Shown: positions 40,467 to 49,616 of the stretch, piece by piece
Position numbering within the stretch: position 1 is the stretch's first letter
Layout: every line of letters starts with the position of its first letter
DNA from: an uncultured Candidatus Saccharibacteria bacterium
GTDB taxonomy: Bacteria; Patescibacteriota; Minisyncoccia; SW-4-49-11
Direction: 5' to 3'
Assembly (NCBI GenBank): GCA_964585065.1
Contig: CAZPCB010000003.1
Location: 67,776-131,775 of the forward strand
DNA length: 64,000 nucleotides
The notes under the pieces: model-generated
Seen by the model: only the letters and a program-made list of their open reading frames with translations
What the model was told of the DNA's origin: nothing
Database searches by the model: none
Translations under genes and position numbers: made by a program

Positions 40467-42295
40467 TTAATCTAATTACTATGAATACGGGAACAATTAT
40501 CAAAATCTCTGGACCACTTGTTATTGCTGACTCTATGAGAGGAGCTAAAATGTATGACTTGGTTAAAGTAGGAACACTTGAGCTTATGGGAGAAATTATT
40601 GAGCTTAAGGGAGATACCGCTTCTATTCAGGTATATGAGGATACTTCTGGACTTGTTGTAGGAGAACCCGTAAGTTCAACTGGAGAACCCCTTAGCATAG
40701 AACTTGGACCTGGACTTTTAACTGCTGGATTATTTGATGGAATTTTACGCCCCCTTAATGTTATTGCAGAAAAGGCAGCTGCTAATGGATTAAATCCAGG
40801 ATATATTGCAAAAGGTGTTACCGCTCCAAGCCTTAATCGAGAGACAAAATGGGAATTCAAACCTCTGCTCAAAAAAGGAGACAAGGTAATTGCCGGAGAT
40901 ATACTAGGAACAGTACAAGAAACCGAACTTATTATACATAAAATTCTCGTACCCGTAGGAGTATCGGGAGAAATTGCAGATATTAAATCTGGGGAATTCA
41001 CAGTAACTGAGACAATAGCTACAATTGGAGATAATCCCGTACAATTGATGCATAAATGGCCAGTACGTACTCCCCGACCTTATCAAGCTAAACAAATTCC
41101 TACTACTCCTCTTATTACTCAGCAAAGAATTATTGATACCTTTTTCCCTGTACCAAAAGGAGGAGCTGCTGCGGTACCAGGACCTTTTGGAGCAGGAAAA
41201 ACTGTTATACAACAACAATTAGCAAAATGGTCTGATGCCGATATTGTGGTTTATGTTGGTTGTGGAGAGCGTGGAAACGAAATTACCGATGTATTAGTAG
41301 AATTCCCCCATTTAAAAGACCCCAATTCTGGCCGACCTCTGATGGAAAGAACTATTCTTGTGGCTAACACCTCCAATATGCCCATTGCTGCTCGCGAAGC
41401 TTCTGTATATACAGGAATTACACTTGCTGAATATTATCGAGATATGGGATATAATGTAGCGATGATGGCTGATTCTACTTCTCGATGGGCTGAAGCTATG
41501 CGAGAAATGTCAGGAAGATTAGAAGAAATGCCAGGAGAAGAAGGGTATCCCGCCTATCTTGGATCTCGAATTTCAGCCTTTTATGAAAGAGCGGGTATTG
41601 TGACAACACTTGGATCTGAGGGAAGAACTGGATCAGCAACTATTATTGCTGCTGTATCGCCTCCAGGAGGAGATTTATCTGAGCCTGTTAGCCAAGCTAC
41701 CCTTAAAGTAACCAAAGCTTTTTGGGGACTTGATGCTTCTTTGGCTGCAAAAAAACATTTTCCATCTATTCATTGGCTTAATAGTTATAGTTTGTATCGG
41801 GACAATGTAGAAGAATATTTCATTAAAAAAACTCATTCAGATTGGGGAATGCTTCGTGATCTTGCTATGCAAATTTTACAAAAAGAAAATGAACTTGATG
41901 ATATTATAAAATTAGTAGGAATGGACGCCCTATCTAGCGCCGAGAAAATTCTCCTAGATACTGCTCGTGGTCTCAGAGAAGATTATCTTCAACAAAATGC
42001 CTTCGATGAAGTTGACGCTTTTGCCTCCACGCGAAAAATGTATCTGATGTTAAAAGCGATGTTAACCTTCCATCAAGAGGCATTGGCATTCACTCAAGGT
42101 AATACTCAAATTGAAATTAATGATATATTAGAGCTCCCAATAAGAGAATCGATTAGTCAACTCAAGAATATACCTGAATCTAATATAGAGTCAATTGTTA
42201 CTTTAATTGATTCTATTGCTCCTATCATCAAAAATCTCAAAGAGAATAATCAAGACTCAGACTTTGGTATTAATAAAGTAATCAACGGAATTTAG
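40463..42295 (+). CDS. ntpA: V/A-type ATPase catalytic subunit A
   Basis: Walker [10 protein letters not shown], a non-homologous region insertion, and 610 aa. Confidence 0.95.
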
Positions 42296-42304
42296 GATAA
42301 TTAT

Positions 42305-43690
42305 ATGAAGAAATGGTATAACACAATCAAAGAAATTGCCGGACCACTCGTAGTAGTGGAAAAGGTACCCGAAGTTGCATTTGAGGAAATTGTAGAAATT
42401 CGAGATGCAAAAGGAAATATTCGCCGAGGAAGAGTACTTGAGGCTGGTAAAGATACCGCCATTGTTCAACTATTTACCAATACTGAAGGACTTGATACCA
42501 AAACAGCTGAAATTGCATTTCTTGGAGAAACACTCAGATTTGGTGTTGCAGAATCAATGCTTGGAAGAGTATTCACCGGAGCTGGTGAGGTCAAAGATGG
42601 TGGACCCGAGATTATTGCTGAAAAATATTTAGACATCAATGGCGCCCCTATCAATCCTGGACAAAGACAATTCCCTAGTGAATTTATTCAAACAGGAATT
42701 TCTACCATTGATGGATTAAATGCTCTTGTACGAGGTCAAAAACTCCCTATATTTTCTGGAGCTGGACTACCTCATGCTGAACTTGCTGCCCAAATTGCAG
42801 AACAATCTCGTGTGGTTGAAGTAAAAAATGGTACTGATTTGGTAGAGTCAGATGAACCATTTGCTGTTATTTTTGCAGCTATGGGAGTGACTTTTGAAGA
42901 AGCGCAATTCTTTATCGATTCATTTGAAAAGACAGGAGCTATGGAGCGGGCCGCTCTCTTTATCAATACCGCCAGCGACCCTATCGTAGAGCGTATTACC
43001 CTACCAAGACTAGCACTTACTCTTGGAGAATATCTTGCCTTTGAGAAAAATATGCATGTATTAGTTATATTAACCGATATGACCAATTATGCTGACGCCC
43101 TCCGTGAAGTATCAGCCTCCAGAAAAGAAATTCCTGGAAGAAGAGGATATCCGGGATATCTCTATACCGATTTAGCAACTCTGTATGAAAGAGCCGGAAT
43201 AGTCAAAGGTTCCACAGGCTCACTCACCCAAATTCCTATTCTAACAATGCCAGATGATGACAAACAACATCCAATCCCCGATTTAACCGGATATATCACC
43301 GAGGGACAAATTATGGTCAATCGAGAGCTACATAATCAAGGAATATACCCACCGATACAACCAATTGGATCTCTATCCCGAATTGGAGTTAATAAAAAAT
43401 ACAGCCGAGAAGATTTATCCGCTGTCAAAGAGCAAATGGCCTCCTCCTATGCCAAGGGTATAGAAATCAAAGAATTAGCCCTGATTTTAGGAGAATCTGC
43501 CCTATCCGAGACAGATAAAGCCTATATTAAATTCGCTGAAGCCTTTGAGAGTAGATATATTAGACAGGGACGACGAGAAAACCGCACAATTCTAGACACT
43601 CTAGATTTATCTTGGGACTTATTATCCATATTACCAAGAAAAGAACTCAAGAAAATCAAGCCCGAATTTATAGATAAATACTCCAAATAA
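42305..43690 (+). CDS. ntpB: V/A-type ATPase subunit B
   Basis: 461 aa with a RecA-like fold but no canonical P-loop, and [15 protein letters not shown]. Confidence 0.95.
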   Translation: MKKWYNTIKEIAGPLVVVEKVPEVAFEEIVEIRDAKGNIRRGRVLEAGKDTAIVQLFTNTEGLDTKTAEIAFLGETLRFGVAESMLGRVFTGAGEVKDGGPEIIAEKYLDINGAPINPGQRQFPSEFIQTGISTIDGLNALVRGQKLPIFSGAGLPHAELAAQIAEQSRVVEVKNGTDLVESDEPFAVIFAAMGVTFEEAQFFIDSFEKTGAMERAALFINTASDPIVERITLPRLALTLGEYLAFEKNMHVLVILTDMTNYADALREVSASRKEIPGRRGYPGYLYTDLATLYERAGIVKGSTGSLTQIPILTMPDDDKQHPIPDLTGYITEGQIMVNRELHNQGIYPPIQPIGSLSRIGVNKKYSREDLSAVKEQMASSYAKGIEIKELALILGESALSETDKAYIKFAEAFESRYIRQGRRENRTILDTLDLSWDLLSILPRKELKKIKPEFIDKYSK

Positions 43691-43692
43691 GT

Positions 43693-44307
43693 ATGCCCGC
43701 CGTCAAACCGACTAGACAAGAAGCCCTCAAACTCAAAAAGAAGATTAAAACTGCTTCTCGCGGACATAGTTTGCTCACCGACAAAAGAGATGGACTGATA
43801 CAAGAATTCCTAGCCATTATCCAAGAAGTAATCAAGCTAAGAGGAGAATTAACCCCCAAAATTGTAGAAGCCATACAATTATTTGAATTTGCTCAGACCA
43901 AAATCTCAACCGAAGCCATCCAAGAGCTAATACATCTCTCACAAGCCAAAACCTATCTGGAATTACAAAAAAAATCTATTATGGGAGTCACAATCCCACA
44001 TATAATCCCTCATTTACAGGGAGACCCTTTTCAATATGGTACATTAGGCACCCCCAAAGATTTAGACCAAGCCCTCTTAACCTTGCAGAATATATTACCT
44101 CTATTAGTCAAATTAGCTGAGATAGAATTCACCGCTAGACTACTCGCTGAGGAAATAGAAGCCACCAGAAGACGAGTCAATGCTCTAGAATATGTCATCA
44201 TACCCGAGATGAAAACCAATCTCAAATCCATCCAAAATGCACTAGACGAACTCACCCGCCAAGAAAAAGTCACCATAATGAAAGTCAAAGAAATTTTGGG
44301 ATTGTAG
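43693..44307 (+). CDS. ntpD: V/A-type ATPase subunit D (central stalk)
   Basis: N-terminus MPAVKPTRQEALKLKKKIKTASRGHSLLTDKRDGL, which is typical of subunit D. Confidence 0.85.
   Translation: MPAVKPTRQEALKLKKKIKTASRGHSLLTDKRDGLIQEFLAIIQEVIKLRGELTPKIVEAIQLFEFAQTKISTEAIQELIHLSQAKTYLELQKKSIMGVTIPHIIPHLQGDPFQYGTLGTPKDLDQALLTLQNILPLLVKLAEIEFTARLLAEEIEATRRRVNALEYVIIPEMKTNLKSIQNALDELTRQEKVTIMKVKEILGL
44249..44307 (+). repeat. Left direct repeat: the ntpD 3' end, duplicated at 48835-48893
   Basis: AACTCACCCGCCAAGAAAAAGTCAC is identical in both copies. Over the 59 nt that follow, the copies are about 85% identical, and both end in a stop codon. Confidence 0.8.
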
Positions 44308-44326
44308 GGAGGAGTTGTCTGATAAT

Positions 44327-45103
44327 TTAAGATTTATTTTTTAATCTTATTTCTGCTGCCTCAACATATTGTCTTTCTTTTTCGATACCAATAAAATTAC
44401 GACCATATTTTTTAGCAACAAAAGCAGTTGTTCCGCTACCCATAAAAGGATCTAAGACTATATCCCCTTCATTTGAACTAGCTAAAATAATTCTTTTGAG
44501 CATTTCTTCAGGTTTTTGTGTTGGATGTAATGCTTTCCCATCATTTCCCCTTAATCTTTCTTTTCCTTGTACTAAAGGCATTTCCCAAAAATCTCTCATT
44601 TGTTTTGCTTTACCATCTTTTTGTTTTTCAGGATTTATTTCTTTTATTTTATCATAGTTAAAAATCCAACCACTACCTTTTACTGCCCAGATTACAAATT
44701 CTGTTGAATGAGTAAAAACTCTCCTTGTCATATTTGGCATTGCATTTGTTTTATACCAAGTTATTATATTATTTATTTTATAGTTTAATTGTTTTAAGAC
44801 AATCATAACTTCACCAATATTATGATAGCTACAGGCAATATAAATAGAACCGTTATTTTTGAGTGCCTTATGACATCCCGCAATCCATTTTCTTGTAAAT
44901 TGCATATATTCTGGAGCTGTCATTTTATCCCACTCTTCATTTACCATAAACCAATCTCCTCCTGTCTTATTTCCCTTCCAGTGTAGTCCATTCCCTGAAA
45001 GGTTATAAGGAGGATCTGCAAAAATAAGATCAATTGAGTTTGGTTCAATTTTTGTCATTAAAATTTCATTACAATCTCCATTATGGATAATATTTTTTTT
45101 CAT
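44327..45103 (-). CDS. N6-adenine DNA methyltransferase, beta class, CcrM/M.HinfI-like (GANTC family)
   Basis: IIHNGDC, IDLIFADPPYNL (motif IV) near the N-terminus, ...HPTQKPEEML..., and DPFMGSGTT (motif I) near the C-terminus. Collinear similarity to CcrM/M.HinfI throughout. Confidence 0.85.
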   Translation of the reverse strand: MKKNIIHNGDCNEILMTKIEPNSIDLIFADPPYNLSGNGLHWKGNKTGGDWFMVNEEWDKMTAPEYMQFTRKWIAGCHKALKNNGSIYIACSYHNIGEVMIVLKQLNYKINNIITWYKTNAMPNMTRRVFTHSTEFVIWAVKGSGWIFNYDKIKEINPEKQKDGKAKQMRDFWEMPLVQGKERLRGNDGKALHPTQKPEEMLKRIILASSNEGDIVLDPFMGSGTTAFVAKKYGRNFIGIEKERQYVEAAEIRLKNKS

Positions 45104-45117
45104 AGTTTTTATAAAAA

Positions 45118-46935
45118 TTAAGCAATAATATTCTTATACCAAGAGTTAATAATATTTTGAATTTCGTTAAGCCATTGATTTGAATCTGTAAAGTTTTGTG
45201 AATTATGAACTATTTCATCATATAAATAAGCTATCTCTCTGTGATTTAGAGTCCTTCCCTGCTCCTTAATTTTCACAAGTATTTTTAAAATTTGTACAAA
45301 GTTATTTATTGTTAGAGGTATTATATTTTGTTTTTGCCCTTCATATTCATACTTTACAGCTACCCAAAAAGTATTTAGTGTATCCCTATGAATTGTAGGT
45401 GCAATAAATAAACAGTATGTTTTTTTATCTCTATTCTGACTTTCAAAATCTCTTAAATGTCTCATCACTGGTTGTCCTTCATTATACCATTGATCACGAC
45501 TTTTGAGCATAGTTACCTCACAAATAGCATTAAATTCCTTATAGTAGCACTCAATGTCTGGAGTATTTGCAGGAGCTGTAAAAGTTGGCTCATTATCATC
45601 TCCAACGGGATAATTGGGTTTTATTTTCAAAGCATCATTTAAAGCATTAAGCCCTAATGCGGATAACTTTTCTAATAAAACTGGTCTGTCCTCAAAATCA
45701 AATATATTTTCTAATTTATGAATATAATCATTAATTTGATCTATATCTTGCGAGTTTTGATGATTTTCTTCATCTTGTAATTCTCTTCTATACTGTCTAA
45801 GATCTGAAATATATTTCTTTAATTCTTGATCATTAAGATTTTCATAATTTCTAATTTGAATTTTTTTTATATTTAGTTTTTTTTCATATTTTTTAATTTC
45901 AATAATAATACTTGATAAAATCTTTTTATATTCTTTTTCTGATTCCCACGGTAATTTAGGTTCTAAAATGTCAGAGACATATTCTAAATATTGTTCCTTG
46001 GTTTCAAATTGTATAACTGATGCATTATCAAATTTAAGTAAATTATCAATTTCTACTTTTCTTCTCGGTTCTAAATCAACATAAAATCCTCCACCTCGAA
46101 TAAAAAGAAAGCGGGTTAAACGAAAATATCTTATGGCATTATCTCCATAATCCTTTAAATTTTTAAGCATTTTATTTATTTCTTCTGGCTTGCTTGTACC
46201 TAAAAATTCTTGAGCAAAAACTTTTTTATAATTATCAAAAATTTGCTTTTGTTCCTGCTTACTTTTTCCTTTTTGCTCCTCTCTCAGCCTCAAAATTTGA
46301 TTTGCATAATTCTCAATATCTTTAAAATTAACAAGACTAGGTATAAATAAAGAAAATTCTTGTTTACTAATTCCTTTTGTTTTTTCACCATTATTTAAAC
46401 ATTTTTGATTAACTAAGTTTATTAGATGTAATGTTCCAATAAAAGGTTTTATATTATACCCTTCTTCTAACTTATAGTCTGATGAATCTGGATTTGGTAA
46501 TTGCCATTTTAGGAAACTTCTAAAGAATATTTCTCCTAAATCAAAATCATCTTGTAGGAATAATCTTCCTAAACTAGTAATAAAGATTTTTTCATCTTTT
46601 ATTATAACAAGTCCAATCTTTTTAAGTGGATTTATTGACTGTCGACCTCTCATTGCTGGATCCTCATAATTTTTTGAGTTAAAAATTTCTTCTGCTTGTT
46701 TAAAAGAGATATTTTGTGTCTGATCATCAATCAAATCAATTTGCTCTTTATTTAAACCGTTATAAAATTGTGTACTTCCGTACCCATACACTCTCTCTTT
46801 TATCAATAAAATTTGAAATTTTCTTTGATTTTCCAAATTCCAATATTGACCTTCTAATTGACTTAGAACTATTAAAAAACTCCTTAGTCTTTCAGGATTT
46901 CTTAAAGTTGTTGTTATTGACCAAAGTTTTTTCAT
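45118..46935 (-). CDS. AlwI/PleI/MlyI/N.BstNBI-family type IIS restriction endonuclease
   Basis: N-terminus WSITTTLRNPERLRSFLIVLSQLEGQYW matches the family hallmark (SPRSPEK...FEGSYW in N.BstNBI as recalled). C-terminal YCLFIAP segment is shared. 605 aa against about 604. Confidence 0.75.
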   Translation of the reverse strand: MKKLWSITTTLRNPERLRSFLIVLSQLEGQYWNLENQRKFQILLIKERVYGYGSTQFYNGLNKEQIDLIDDQTQNISFKQAEEIFNSKNYEDPAMRGRQSINPLKKIGLVIIKDEKIFITSLGRLFLQDDFDLGEIFFRSFLKWQLPNPDSSDYKLEEGYNIKPFIGTLHLINLVNQKCLNNGEKTKGISKQEFSLFIPSLVNFKDIENYANQILRLREEQKGKSKQEQKQIFDNYKKVFAQEFLGTSKPEEINKMLKNLKDYGDNAIRYFRLTRFLFIRGGGFYVDLEPRRKVEIDNLLKFDNASVIQFETKEQYLEYVSDILEPKLPWESEKEYKKILSSIIIEIKKYEKKLNIKKIQIRNYENLNDQELKKYISDLRQYRRELQDEENHQNSQDIDQINDYIHKLENIFDFEDRPVLLEKLSALGLNALNDALKIKPNYPVGDDNEPTFTAPANTPDIECYYKEFNAICEVTMLKSRDQWYNEGQPVMRHLRDFESQNRDKKTYCLFIAPTIHRDTLNTFWVAVKYEYEGQKQNIIPLTINNFVQILKILVKIKEQGRTLNHREIAYLYDEIVHNSQNFTDSNQWLNEIQNIINSWYKNIIA

Positions 46936-46937
46936 AA

Positions 46938-48746
46938 TTATTTCCTTACTCTACAATAAAATATTCTCTCAGCATTGCCATCTACATCACTTTTTCCAGT
47001 AGTAAATGCCTTATAGTCTTTTTCAAATATTTCAATATCTCCCTTTTGTTTTAAAATCCTAACAATGTCTTCATCTTTTATTCTTGCATTAGACCTATCA
47101 TCTTTTGAATTTGCTGTATTATTGTAAGATAATAATATATGGTTACAATTTGCATTTTTAATCAGATCTTCAAAAACCTGTGTGGCATTTTTCAAACAAT
47201 AAGCACTTTTTATATGTGATCGATCCATTTTCCTACCAATACCTTCAACTTTTGGCTGTTTCCACTCTGATAAATTTTCTAATAAATGATAAGCATCACT
47301 ATATTGTCTTGAATTATACGGGGGATCAATATACAAAACATCACAGGAAATTTTACGAATCAATAGGTTGGCATCTTCATTGTAAACCTCATTTTGTGAG
47401 TTATTTGAATAATCAATGTCTGGGACTAAAAGTTTTAGTGGATTAACCGAATCAAGTTTTTTTCTAAACGCATCATAATGTCCAACTGTATTTGCAACTT
47501 TATCAACAGCATAAATTAAAGAACAAATTAGAATATTTTTCTCCTCTTCATTTTTTGCAATTTTTTCTATCTCTTCACGAATTGCACCTATTTTTTTTGC
47601 ATTTTCAATTGTAAAAAAAGTACCCCCAAAATTTTTTGAAAAGTAATTTTCATCTTTTACCTCTAAGCTATTTAAATGGTTAATTCTTTGAATAATATCC
47701 TTTTTAACATTATTTTTTGTGCCTAAAAATGCTTTTAGACAGACATAGTTTGAATTTAATAAGTCATTGGATATAATCTTAATATTCCCATTATTAAACC
47801 TATCTCCTACTACTCCAGTACCTGAAAAAACATCAAATAATGACTCTATATCACCACATTTCTCAGCGATTATATCTTCAATAAAACCAATTAATTTATA
47901 TTTATTACCTAAATATCTACGATTTTGTAATTGAAAAAAGTTATTCTTTGATTGTTTTGGTTGAAAATATATCTTTTCTATTTTCTTAATACTTGTCTCA
48001 TACACTGGTTTTTCTATTTCTAAATAATCAAATAGTCCACTTTGTATACAATCAGCAACATATTCTAAAACTTTTTTATCATCCTTTAACTCTTCAAAAA
48101 AACTATACTCATCATTTTCAGAAATAATCAAAAAATCTATTACAGGGATTCCCATTAGCTCTCCTGCTTGAGTTATTTTTTTAACTACTTCTTTATCTCT
48201 TTCACTTGGTGAGGAGTCTCCTGAGGGATGATTATGTACCAAAATTATACTTGCTGAATGTAATTCAACAGCGGGATGAAAAATTTCTCTTGGATGTAAT
48301 AAACTTTTATCTAGCAACCCAACACTGATTATTTCTTTTTTAATTAAAACATTTCTTGCATTAAGATATAAGCAAACTAAATATTCTTTTTTCTTGTCTC
48401 TCAAATCATAATTTAAATCTAAAACATCTTTTGAATTTTTGACAACTATTTCTTTTCCTTTTTTCTCTTCATAATATCTTTTTAATAAAGCAATGGAGGC
48501 AACAATTTGTAAGGCTTTTGCTTGCCCAATTCCATCAATTTTTTGTAAATCATCAACAGTAACATTTAAAAATTTATCACTAAATTTTTTTACAACTTGA
48601 TTAGCAAGCTCCTGTACATTCTTACCTTTTATCCCACTTCCTAAAACAATAGCCAAAAGATCACTTTTAGAAAGTGCCTCTGGTCCTTTTTTGAGAAATT
48701 TTTCTCTTGGACGAAGTATTACTGGAGTGTCTTTAATTTTAGACAT
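46938..48746 (-). CDS. Fusion protein: N-terminal RadC-like JAB/MPN domain plus C-terminal Dam-like (D12 class, alpha) N6-adenine DNA methyltransferase
   Basis: The N-terminal 220 aa carry a RadC HhH region and a JAMM-type motif HNHPSGDSSPSERD. The C-terminal half has YLGNKYKL, DVFSGTGVV (motif I), ISNDLLNSNYVCL, IDPPYNSRQY (motif IV) and HILLSYNN. This is collinear with E. coli Dam. Confidence 0.8.
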   Translation of the reverse strand: MSKIKDTPVILRPREKFLKKGPEALSKSDLLAIVLGSGIKGKNVQELANQVVKKFSDKFLNVTVDDLQKIDGIGQAKALQIVASIALLKRYYEEKKGKEIVVKNSKDVLDLNYDLRDKKKEYLVCLYLNARNVLIKKEIISVGLLDKSLLHPREIFHPAVELHSASIILVHNHPSGDSSPSERDKEVVKKITQAGELMGIPVIDFLIISENDEYSFFEELKDDKKVLEYVADCIQSGLFDYLEIEKPVYETSIKKIEKIYFQPKQSKNNFFQLQNRRYLGNKYKLIGFIEDIIAEKCGDIESLFDVFSGTGVVGDRFNNGNIKIISNDLLNSNYVCLKAFLGTKNNVKKDIIQRINHLNSLEVKDENYFSKNFGGTFFTIENAKKIGAIREEIEKIAKNEEEKNILICSLIYAVDKVANTVGHYDAFRKKLDSVNPLKLLVPDIDYSNNSQNEVYNEDANLLIRKISCDVLYIDPPYNSRQYSDAYHLLENLSEWKQPKVEGIGRKMDRSHIKSAYCLKNATQVFEDLIKNANCNHILLSYNNTANSKDDRSNARIKDEDIVRILKQKGDIEIFEKDYKAFTTGKSDVDGNAERIFYCRVRK

Positions 48747-48834
48747 TATATTTTATTACTTTTTTCATTTACTATTATACCACAATTTATACTTCTCTTC
48801 CAATTTATGTACTAGGTGACTACAATTTGTAGCC

Positions 48835-48893
48835 AACTCACCCGCCAAGAAAAAGTCACAATTATGAAGGTCAAAGAAATTTTAGAATTGTAA
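48835..48893 (+). repeat. Right direct repeat (second copy of the ntpD 3' end)
   Basis: AACTCACCCGCCAAGAAAAAGTCAC AATTATGAAGGTCAAAGAAATTTTAGAATTGTAA would encode ..TRQEKVTIMKVKEILEL*. Confidence 0.8.
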
Positions 48894-49172
48894 TTTCACG
48901 ATTTTTAATTAAAAAAATAGTTTTGCTGAATTTTATTGTGGGCATACCCTAACTGTCCCATTTTTGAAGACATTTGAGTTGTGCTTTAGATCTCTAAAGA
49001 AAAGATCTAAAAACTCCAGTTATCCGATTTTCTCGGACAACTCACTTCCCTTCCAATCTATCTTGGATGTTTCTAATATTTTTTAGTTTATATAGAGATT
49101 ATTAAGGGAACATCATATTGACAAAATGTGTTATATATATTAATGTTTTGATACCTAAGAGAGATTTTTCTC

Positions 49173-49562
49173 TTGAAGGATTGTTCTTTTACCTACAAAA
49201 ACATGACAACTGATCACAACCCTGTGACTAAACTTAAAGAAGAACTTGAAATTACAATAGCTCAAGATCAAGATTTAGCAAATGTGATGGGTATATCCTT
49301 AAACCAGCTATATGCTATTTATAATCTTATTTATAATTTAGCTGGAAATACAACAGATAGAGACCGTAATATCACGCTATCTTATTATTCAATAAAAGGG
49401 CTTATTACTACGACAGATATACATAAAGTAGATTCAGATAAAGCTTTAGATTTGTGGAATATAGCCCGAGCCCATTATAATGATTTATTATCTAGTGGAT
49501 CTATCCAATATGAGCCACTTGTATCTAGACTAGATTCTGATATATTGATTTTAAATATTTAG
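49173..49562 (+). CDS. Hypothetical protein (129 aa, or 119 aa from the ATG at 49203)
   Basis: ORF only, no recognised motifs. Followed by a strong terminator. Confidence 0.35.
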   Translation: MKDCSFTYKNMTTDHNPVTKLKEELEITIAQDQDLANVMGISLNQLYAIYNLIYNLAGNTTDRDRNITLSYYSIKGLITTTDIHKVDSDKALDLWNIARAHYNDLLSSGSIQYEPLVSRLDSDILILNI

Positions 49563-49575
49563 AGAGGTTGTGATT

Positions 49576-49616
49576 AAAAAACTACTATCCCGATTACGAG
49601 TATCGGGATTTTTTAT
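49576..49616. terminator. Bidirectional rho-independent terminator
   Basis: AAAAAA-ctact-ATCCCGAT-TACGAGT-ATCGGGAT-TTTTTAT: a perfect 8-bp stem flanked by A-runs on one side and T-runs on the other. The stop of the P-type ATPase gene lies in the U-tract. Confidence 0.8.

Larger units (their letters stand above)
44308..48834 (-). mobile_element. Inserted about 4.5-kb restriction-modification cassette (three genes) bracketed by direct repeats of the ntpD 3' end. No recombinase gene present.
   Basis: The direct repeats and the tight packing: the M gene stop lies 20 nt after the ntpD stop. The gene content is typical of mobile defence cassettes. Codon and amino-acid usage is even more AT/Lys/Asn-rich than the flanking genes. 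Confidence 0.65.

Noticed and set aside
49118-49146. Possible promoter TTGACA-17-TAATGT upstream of the 49173 ORF
   Set aside because: The -10 element is poor. I left it unannotated rather than report a weak call.
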